Source of the DNA: a virus
Lineage: Duplodnaviria > Heunggongvirae > Uroviricota > Caudoviricetes
DNA length: 5,539 nucleotides
Direction: 5' to 3' (one strand)
Virus record (IMG/VR): IMGVR_UViG_2681813263_000007
The notes under the pieces were generated by a model that worked only from the letters and a program-made list of their open reading frames with translations, did no database searches and was not told the DNA's origin. Position numbers and translations under genes: made by a program. Shown here one piece after another: positions 1 to 5,539 of this stretch (positions are counted from its first letter, which is position 1; the number at the start of each line of letters is the position of its first letter).

Positions 1-2
1 TG

Positions 3-83
3 GTAGTGTCCGCTATTGCCAGTACACCTCACTCTGACGGAGAGTTTGTGGCAGTGGCTGCGGTGACCGTCAGCGCACCATAA
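3..83 (+). CDS. 3' end of an upstream gene, probably the major tail protein (gpV-like); 5' end lies outside the window
   Basis: Only frame 3 is open from the window start; it reads VVSAIASTPHSDGEFVAVAAVTVSAP and stops at TAA 81-83. The other two + frames hit stops within the first 40 nt. Assignment to a major tail protein is by position immediately upstream of G, not by recognised sequence. Confidence 0.45.
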   Translation, partial: VVSAIASTPHSDGEFVAVAAVTVSAP

Positions 84-102
84 CAGGACGATACTCATCA
101 TT

Positions 103-125
103 GCCCCGGTTATCCGGGGCTTTTT
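103..125 (+). terminator. Intrinsic-terminator-like hairpin between the upstream gene and G
   Basis: Perfect 7-bp GC-rich stem GCCCCGG (103-109) / CCGGGGC (114-120) with a 4-nt loop TTAT, followed directly by TTTTT (121-125). It sits in the 58-nt gap between the upstream stop and the G start. Confidence 0.55.
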
Positions 126-141
126 GCATCCGGAGAACATG

Positions 142-528
142 ATGTTTCTGAAACAGGATACGTTTAATTATGAAAAACAGTCCGTGGTGCTCAGTGAGCT
201 GTCCGGGCTGCAGAGAATTGAATATCTGACGTTTGTTCAGCAGCGAACGGCAAAGTTTGATGCACAGGAGGGAGAACTGCCGGAGGCTGAACGACAGATT
301 GCTTTTCTGCGTATGGGAATGGATATCAATGCCTGGCTGGTTTCCCGCTCACTGTGGAATGCTGAGCAGTCTCAGGATGTTGAGACGCTTTGCGCATCCA
401 TTATGACAACATGGTCGTATGATGCGCTGGGCGCGGGGGCGGAGAGGGTTCTGTCGCTGAGCGGTATGGGGACCATTGAGAATGCCGGGGATGATGATCA
501 TGAGGCGCTGACGCCGGAAAAGTCCTGA
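142..528 (+). CDS. G: Tail assembly chaperone, lambda gpG-like
   Basis: The protein beginning MFLKQDTFNYEKQSVVLSELSGLQRIEYL resembles lambda gpG as I recall it (MFLKTESFEH...TLSELSALQRIEHL). GGAG at 132-135 lies 6 nt before ATG 142. ATG 139 and TTG 124 are in-frame alternatives with poorer spacing. Stop is TGA 526-528. Confidence 0.88.
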   Translation: MFLKQDTFNYEKQSVVLSELSGLQRIEYLTFVQQRTAKFDAQEGELPEAERQIAFLRMGMDINAWLVSRSLWNAEQSQDVETLCASIMTTWSYDALGAGAERVLSLSGMGTIENAGDDDHEALTPEKS

Positions 529-866
529 CGCGGGAAATGCAGTTTGTCATGCGGCTTGCCCGGGAGTTCCGGCGGGCAGACTGGCGGCGGATGCTGTCGG
601 ATATGTCGGCCACTGAGCTTGGTGAGTGGGGCGATTATTTCCGGATGCAGAGCTTCAGTGATGTGTGGATGGATGCGCAGTTTGCCTCGCTGAAGGCATT
701 GATCGTGAGAATGGTGTCCGGCAGCAGCGATGCTGCGGTGGCTGATTTCAGCCTTTTACCGGAAGAGAACGGGATACCGGAGCGAACGGACGAAGAACTG
801 ATGCATCTTGGGGAAGGTATTTCCGGAGGTGTGCGTTATGGACCAGATAGCCAACCTGGTCATTGA
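142..866 (+). CDS. GT: Tail assembly chaperone G-T fusion, made by a -1 programmed ribosomal frameshift near 516-522
   Basis: The -1 frame is open from 504 (just after TGA 501-503) to TGA 864-866 and overlaps the end of G. It encodes ...REFRRADWRRMLSDMSATELGEWGDYF...GGVRYGPD, which resembles lambda gpT. The T frame has no convincing independent ribosome binding site, and in lambda T is made only as the G-T fusion. Confidence 0.75.
516..522 (+). other. Candidate -1 slippery heptamer G GAA AAG for the G-T frameshift
   Basis: Zero-frame codons are GAA (517-519) and AAG (520-522); the -1 frame codons are GGA (516-518) and AAA (519-521). The site is 2 codons before the G stop, the same relative position as lambda's G GGA AAG. 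P-site re-pairing of tRNA-Glu on GGA would need a G:U pair at the middle position. Confidence 0.55.
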
Positions 867-2716
867 TTTGGGGATTGATGCGGCAGAGTTTAAAAATGAA
901 ATTCCCCGTATCAAAAACCTTCTGAATGGTGCAGCCAGCGATGCAGAACGGTCTTCTGCCCGTATGCAGCGTTTTATGGAGCGTCAGACTCAGGCGGCCC
1001 GGCAGACAATGCAGGCGGCTTCTTCGGCTGCAACAGCAGCATCAGCCCATGCGCAGACGGNNNNNNNNNNNNNNNNNNNNNNNNNNNNNNNNNNNNNNNN
1101 NNNNNNNNNNNNNNNNNNNNNNNNNNNNNNNNNNNNNNNNCCGTCTGCGCGTGGATGCCCTGAATCAGAAAATGCTCGAGGAACAGGCGCAGGCCAGGGC
1201 ACTGGCGGAGGCGCAGGATAAAGCGGCTGCCGCCTTTTATCGCCNNNNNNNNNNNNNNNNNNNNNNNNNNNNNNNNNNNNNNNNNNNNNNNNNNNNNNNN
1301 NNNNNNNNNNNNNNNNNNNNNNNNNNNNNNNNNNNNNNNNNNNNNNNNNNTGGTCAGCAGGATTATCTGGCGCTGATTTCGGAGATCACGGCGAAAACCC
1401 GTGCCCTGACGCAGGCAGAGGAACAGGCCACCCGGCAGAAAGCGGCGTTTATCCGCCAGCTTAAAGAGCAGGCAACCCGCCAGAATCTGTCGTCTTCTGA
1501 GTTGCTTCGCGCCAGGGCGGCTCAGCTGGGGGTAAGCAGTGCTGCAGAAGTGTATATCCGCAAAATGGAGCGGGCAGGAAAAGCCACACATTCGCTGGGG
1601 CTGAAAAGTGCGGCAGCCCGGCGGGAGCTGGGGGTGTTAATCAGTCAGATGGCGCGCGGCAATTTTGGTGCGCTGAGGGGATCCGGGATAACGCTGGCTA
1701 ACCGTGCCGGATGGACAGGCGCACTGATGTCGCCGAAAGGCATGATGACTGGCGGCGTTATTGGCGGACTTGTCGCGGCGGTCCTGGGTCTGGGTAAAGC
1801 CTGGCATGACGGCCGGAAGGAGGGCGAGGAATTTAACCGTCAGCTGGCGCTGACGGGACATTATGCCGGTGTCACTGTCGGGCAGTTGTGGAAACTCAGC
1901 CGGGCCATATCCGGGAATGGTATCACGCAACATGCGGCAGCCGGTGCGCTGGCACAGGTGGTGGGCAGTGGGGCATTTCATGGAAACGATATTGGTATGG
2001 TGGCGAAAGCTGCCGCACAGATGGAGCGATCGGTTGGCCAGTCGGTCAGCGATACCATAAATCAGTTTAAGCGGCTGAAGGATGATCCTGTAAATGCCGC
2101 GAAGGCGCTGGACAATGCGCTGCATTTTTTGACTGCCACTCAGCTTGAGCAGATACGCGTCCTTGGGGAGCAGGGGCGGTCCAGTGATGCGGCCCGGATC
2201 GCCATGTCTGCGCTGGCAGAGGAAACCGGTAAACGCACATCTGATATTGATAATAATCTCAATGCGCTGGGTAGTACGCTGCAAACCTTGTCTGACTGGT
2301 GGAAGCAGTTCTGGGATGCGGCCATGAATATTGGTCGTGAAGACTCGCTGGATGCGCAGATTGATGCGTTACAGGAAAAAATTCAGCGCGCGAAAAAATA
2401 TCCGTGGACAAACGCCTCCACACAGGTGGAGTACGATCAGCAGCGTCTTAACGATCTTCAGGAGAAAAAACGCCGGAAGGATTTGCAGGATGCAAAAGCG
2501 CAGGCAGAACGGAATTACCAGGAGCAACAGAAACGCCGGAATGCTGAAAATGCCGCGCTGAACCGGATGAATGAAACGGAAGCTGCACGACATCAGCGTG
2601 AAAATGAACGTTACGAAAAAGCCATTAAGAAAAATACACGGGCAACCCGTAATGATGAGGCCACCCGGTTATTGCTGCTGCCAGACAGTCAGCAGGCATT
2701 GCCACTGAAAGGATGA
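838..2716 (+). CDS. H: Tail tape measure protein (lambda gpH-like), N-terminal and central portion; contains two N-runs and ends at a frame break
   Basis: GGAGG at 825-829 lies 8 nt before ATG 838. The N-terminus MDQIANLVIDLGIDAAEFKNE resembles lambda gpH (MAEPVGDLVVDLSLDAARFDE). The start overlaps the end of T by 29 nt. Coding runs in frame 1 up to the first N-run and in frame 2 after it (RLRVDALNQKMLEEQAQARALAEAQ..., then a long alpha-helical K/R/E/Q-rich region). The central segment ...LSDWWKQFWDAAMNIGREDSLDAQIDALQEK aligns with lambda ...FKSMWDAVLDIGRPDTAQEMLIKAEAAYKK. Frame 2 ends at TGA 2714-2716. Confidence 0.85.
1061..1140. other. Run of 80 N (unresolved or masked sequence) inside the tape measure gene
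   Basis: Directly visible. The coding frame differs on the two sides (frame 1 before, frame 2 after), so the true length is not 80. Confidence 0.95.
1245..1350. other. Run of 106 N (unresolved or masked sequence) inside the tape measure gene
   Basis: Directly visible. Frame 2 is the coding frame on both sides, whereas 106 is 1 mod 3, so the true length is probably not 106. Confidence 0.95.
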
Positions 2717-3813
2717 CTGAAGCGCATAAACAGCTTCTGGCCCTGCAGCAGCGCATCAGCGACCTGGACGGGAAAAAGCTGACGGCAGATGAAAAGAGTG
2801 TGCTGACCCGTAAGAATGAGCTGATTCAGGCGCTGACGCTGCTGGATGTGAAACAGCAGGAGCTGCAGAAACAGACAGCGCTTAACGACCTGAGAAAAAA
2901 AACGGTTCAGCTGACCAGCCAGCTGGCAGACAAAGAACGTGCACTGCGTGAGCAGCACAATCTGGATATTGCCACTGCAGGTATGGGGGATAAGCAGCGG
3001 CAGCGCTACCAGGCACAGTTGCGCATCCGGCAGGAATACCGGCAACAGTTGCAACAGCTTGAGAATGACAGTCGCCAGAAAGGCACTTACGGGACGGAGG
3101 ACTACCGGAGGGCTGAGGAGGTGCTGAAGGGGAGCCTGAAGCGACAACTGAATGAAAACAAACGCTACTGGCAGGAACTGGAAGTGGCGCAGGGCGACTG
3201 GAAAAACGGTGCCATGCGGGCGTTTCAGCATTTTACGGCGGATGCGGATAATGCGGCGGGAACGGCAGAACAGATGTTTACAGTGGCATTCAGCAGTGCC
3301 GGTAATGCACTGGCGACATTCTGTACCACCGGTAAGCTGAATTTTAAATCCTTCACCTCTTCCCTGTTGTCAGATATGGCCAGAATTATGGCACAGATGG
3401 CCATGATGCAGGCGGTAAAGGGCGTCGGTTCTTTATTCGGCTTCACGACTAATGCTGATGGCGGTGTTTACCAGTCTGCTGATTTGAGTCGCTACAGTGG
3501 CACGGTGGTTAACCGTCCGACGTTTTTTGCTTTTGCAAAAGGCGCGGGTGTGATGGGGGAAGCGGGACCTGAAGCCATTCTGCCACTGCGTCGCGGTGCT
3601 GATGGTAAGCTGGGGGGTGTGGCGGATACTGGTGGTTCAGGCATGGTGATGTTTGCCCCGCAGTACAACATTGAGATCAATAACGATGGCACGAACGGGC
3701 AGATAGGTCCGGCTGCCCTGAAGGTGGTTTATGACCTCGGGAAAAAAGCGGCCGCGGACTTTATGCAACAGCAGGCCCGTGATGGTGGCCGGTTAAGTGG
3801 AGCATACCGGTAA
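2713..3813 (+). CDS. H: Tail tape measure protein (gpH-like), C-terminal portion, in frame 1; probably the same gene as 838-2716 separated by a frame break
   Basis: ATG 2713-2715 overlaps the upstream TGA (ATGA). Frame 1 is already open from 2659. The product TEAHKQLLALQQRISDL... aligns with internal lambda gpH (DSAHAALLTLQAELRTL), and the C-terminus NNDGTNGQIGPAALKVVYDLGKKAAADFMQQQARDGGRLSGAYR matches the lambda gpH C-terminus (NNDGTNGQIGPAALKAVYDMARKGARDEIQTQMRDGG...). Stop TAA 3811-3813 overlaps the M start. Confidence 0.85.
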   Translation: MTEAHKQLLALQQRISDLDGKKLTADEKSVLTRKNELIQALTLLDVKQQELQKQTALNDLRKKTVQLTSQLADKERALREQHNLDIATAGMGDKQRQRYQAQLRIRQEYRQQLQQLENDSRQKGTYGTEDYRRAEEVLKGSLKRQLNENKRYWQELEVAQGDWKNGAMRAFQHFTADADNAAGTAEQMFTVAFSSAGNALATFCTTGKLNFKSFTSSLLSDMARIMAQMAMMQAVKGVGSLFGFTTNADGGVYQSADLSRYSGTVVNRPTFFAFAKGAGVMGEAGPEAILPLRRGADGKLGGVADTGGSGMVMFAPQYNIEINNDGTNGQIGPAALKVVYDLGKKAAADFMQQQARDGGRLSGAYR

Positions 3814-4142
3814 TGGAGACGTTTCACTGGAAAGTGCGCCCGGATATGAATGTGGTATCAGAGCCGAAAGTGGTGACAGTGAAGCTGGGCGATGGTTATG
3901 AACAGCGTCGTGCGGCGGGACTGAATAACCAGTTGTCGACTTACAGCGTGACGATACGTGTTCGTAAAGGTGAACACCCATTTTTAAAAGCCTTTCTGGA
4001 ACGGCACGGTGGCGTCCGCGCATTTCAGTGGACGCCACCTTATGACTGGAAGCCGATCAGGGTGGTTTGTCGTAAATGGTCGGCAAGCGTGGGGGCGTTG
4101 TGGGTAACCATAACGGCAGATTTTGAACAGGTCGTGGCATAG
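3813..4142 (+). CDS. M: Minor tail protein M (lambda gpM-like), 109 aa
   Basis: METFHWKVRPDMNVVSEPKVVTVKLGDGYEQR...HGGVRAFQWTPPYDWKPIRVVCRKWS...ADFEQVVA resembles lambda gpM along its length and has the same size. TAATG start/stop overlap with H; GGAG at 3799-3802 upstream. Confidence 0.92.
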   Translation: METFHWKVRPDMNVVSEPKVVTVKLGDGYEQRRAAGLNNQLSTYSVTIRVRKGEHPFLKAFLERHGGVRAFQWTPPYDWKPIRVVCRKWSASVGALWVTITADFEQVVA

Positions 4143-4151
4143 GAGGCTCTG

Positions 4152-4850
4152 ATGCAGGATATTCCACAGGAAACACATCATGAGACGACACGCCTCACTC
4201 AGTCAGCCCAGGTGGTGCTCTGGGAAATCGATCTGACAGAGGTCGGTGGAGAACGTTATTTTTTCTGTAATGAGCAGAACGAAAAAGGTGAGCCGGTTAC
4301 CTGGCAGGGGCGGCAGTATCAGGCATACCCCATTCAGGGGACGGGATTTGAACTGAACGGCAAGGGCAGTGCTGCCCGTCCGACACTGACGGTTTCTAAC
4401 CTGCACGGAATGGTCACCGGGATGGCGGAAGACCTGCAGAGTCTGGTCGGCGGAACGGTGGTCAGGCGTAAGGTTTACGCCCGTTTTCTGGATGCGGTGA
4501 ACTTCGTCAACGGAAACAGCGACGCCGATCCGGAACAGGAGGTGATCAGCCGCTGGCGCATCGAGCAGTGCAGCGAACTGAGCGCGGTCAGTGCCTCTTT
4601 TGTGCTGGCCACACCAACGGAGACGGATGGCGCGGTTTTCCCGGGGCGTATCATGCTGGCGAATACCTGTATGTGGACTTACCGTTCTGATGAGTGTGGT
4701 TACACGGGCAGGGCAGTGGCTGACGAGTTCGACAAACCAACGACGGATATCCGGAAGGACAAATGCAGCAAGTGTATGCGCGGGTGTGAGTTGCGCAACA
4801 ATACCGGTAATTTCGGCGGTTTCCTTTCCATCAATAAACTTTCTCAGTAA
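4152..4850 (+). CDS. L: Minor tail protein L (lambda gpL-like), 232 aa, with a C-terminal cysteine cluster
   Basis: Closely resembles lambda gpL as I recall it (MQDI.QET...VVLWEIDLTEVGGERYFFCNEQNEKGEPVTWQGRQYQ...NFGGFLSINKLSQ). AGGAGG at 4141-4146 lies 5 nt before ATG 4152. Stop TAA 4848-4850. Confidence 0.93.
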   Translation: MQDIPQETHHETTRLTQSAQVVLWEIDLTEVGGERYFFCNEQNEKGEPVTWQGRQYQAYPIQGTGFELNGKGSAARPTLTVSNLHGMVTGMAEDLQSLVGGTVVRRKVYARFLDAVNFVNGNSDADPEQEVISRWRIEQCSELSAVSASFVLATPTETDGAVFPGRIMLANTCMWTYRSDECGYTGRAVADEFDKPTTDIRKDKCSKCMRGCELRNNTGNFGGFLSINKLSQ

Positions 4851-4854
4851 ATCC

Positions 4855-5539
4855 ATGACACAGACAGAATCAGCGATTCTGGCGCACGCCCGGCGATGTG
4901 CTCCAGCGGAGTCGTGCGGCTTCGTGGTAAGAACGCCGGAGGGGGAAAGATATTTCCCCAGCGAGAATATCTCCGGTGAGCCGGAGGAACGGTTCCGGAT
5001 GGCTCCGGAGGACTGGCTGCGGGCACAAATGCAGGGTGAGATTGTGGCGCTGGTCCACAGTCATCCCGGTGGTCTGCCCTGGCTGAGTGAGGCTGACCGG
5101 CGGCTGCAGGTGCAGAGTGATTTGCCGTGGTGGCTGGTCTGCCGGGGGGCGATTCACAAGTTCCGCTGTGTGCCACATCTTACCGGGCGGCGCTTTGAGC
5201 ACGGGGTGACGGACTGTTACACGCTGTTCCGGGATGCTTATCATCTGGCAGGGATTGAGATGCCGGATTTTCATCGCGGGGATGACTGGTGGCGTAACGG
5301 TCAGAATCTCTATCTTGACAATATGGAGGTGACGGGTTTTTACCGTGTCGCACTGACAGAGGCACAGCCGGGCGATGTGCTGCTGTGCTGTTTTGGTTCA
5401 TCGGTGCCGAATCATGCCGCCATTTACTGCGGTGACGGCGGGCTGCTGCACCATATTCCTGAACAACTGAGCAAACGAGAGAGGTACACCGACAAATGGC
5501 AGCGACGCACACACTCCCTCTGGCGTCACCGGGCATGGC
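4855..5539 (+). CDS. K: Tail assembly protein K (lambda gpK-like), with a JAMM/MPN motif and an NlpC/P60-like region; 3' end lies outside the window
   Basis: MTQTESAILAHARRCAPAESCGFVV...EIVALVHSHPGGLPWLSEADRR...GVTDCYTLFRDAY...HAAIYCGDGGLLHHIPEQLSKRERY is near-identical to my recollection of lambda gpK. ATG 4855 lies 4 nt after the L stop. No stop codon is reached before the window ends. Confidence 0.93.
   Translation, partial: MTQTESAILAHARRCAPAESCGFVVRTPEGERYFPSENISGEPEERFRMAPEDWLRAQMQGEIVALVHSHPGGLPWLSEADRRLQVQSDLPWWLVCRGAIHKFRCVPHLTGRRFEHGVTDCYTLFRDAYHLAGIEMPDFHRGDDWWRNGQNLYLDNMEVTGFYRVALTEAQPGDVLLCCFGSSVPNHAAIYCGDGGLLHHIPEQLSKRERYTDKWQRRTHSLWRHRAW

Noticed and set aside
124-141. TTG 124 (MHPENMMFLK...) or ATG 139 as the start of G
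   Set aside because: The lambda gpG N-terminus corresponds to MFLK, and GGAG 132-135 is best spaced for ATG 142. The hairpin T-run overlaps 121-125, making initiation at 124 unlikely. ATG 139 cannot be fully excluded.
401-613. 70-aa minus-strand ORF antisense to the end of G and start of T
   Set aside because: Arg/Ser/Pro-rich, low-complexity translation typical of the antisense strand of a GC-rich gene; it lies wholly within well-supported + strand genes and has no recognisable protein character.
537-866. T-frame ORF as an independently translated gene starting at ATG 537
   Set aside because: The frame is open upstream to 504 and overlaps G in the -1 frame with a slippery heptamer; there is no convincing ribosome binding site before 537; in lambdoid phages T is produced only as the G-T frameshift fusion.
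926-1060. ATG 926 (MVQPAMQNGLLPVCS...) as the tape measure start
   Set aside because: Before the first N-run this frame is not the homologous one; the ORF is long only because the N-run joins it to the true frame-2 coding region downstream.
808-1221. TTG 808 start and the frame-1 continuation after the first N-run (PSARGCPESENARGTGAG...)
   Set aside because: TTG 808 has no ribosome binding site, whereas ATG 838 has GGAGG 8 nt upstream and matches the gpH N-terminus. After the first N-run frame 1 is Gly/Arg-rich nonsense that stops at 1221, while frame 2 carries gpH-like coiled-coil sequence.
974-2284. Minus-strand ORFs 974-1591, 990-1202 and 1637-2284 antisense to the tape measure gene
   Set aside because: Two of them are kept open largely by N-runs translated as X; all are Arg/Pro/Leu-rich antisense artefacts opposite a gene with strong homology support.
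1863-2561. Short + strand alternative-frame ORFs inside H (1863-2060, 1888-2070, 2145-2327, 2331-2561)
   Set aside because: Embedded out of frame within the homology-supported tape measure gene; Arg/Trp-rich compositions typical of off-frame translation.
2689-3231. 180-aa minus-strand ORF antisense to the C-terminal tape measure region
   Set aside because: Leu/Gln-rich mirror of the sense coiled-coil codons (CAG/CTG symmetry); no ribosome binding site and no recognisable domain.
4203-5536. Minus-strand ORFs 4203-4856, 4844-5176, 4870-5274 and 5180-5536 antisense to L and K
   Set aside because: The + strand encodes near-lambda-identical gpL and gpK; the antisense translations are Pro/Arg-rich and overlap one another in different frames, as expected for spurious ORFs in GC-rich DNA.
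1-5539. Search for tRNA, rRNA, CRISPR repeats, integrase or transposase genes, att sites or inserted cargo genes
   Set aside because: None seen: every intergenic gap is under 60 nt, all long ORFs are accounted for by the tail module, and there are no direct-repeat arrays or inverted-repeat-flanked insertions.

Overview
The window is a contiguous, same-strand (+) segment of a lambda-like (siphovirus) tail morphogenesis module, most likely from an enterobacterial prophage or phage. In order: the last 27 codons of an upstream gene (probably the major tail protein), a hairpin plus T-run, the tail assembly chaperone G with its -1 frame extension T, the tape measure gene H (interrupted by two N-runs and by one frame break), then M, L and the first ~228 codons of K, which runs off the window end. 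Protein identities rest on my recollection of phage lambda gpG, gpT, gpH, gpM, gpL and gpK sequences and on the conserved gene order; no database search was possible. I see no RNA genes, CRISPR arrays, integrase or transposase genes, or inserted cargo genes. The points most worth checking are the candidate G-T frameshift heptamer, the frame break inside the tape measure gene, and the two N-runs. I see no evidence of a novel system beyond this tail module.
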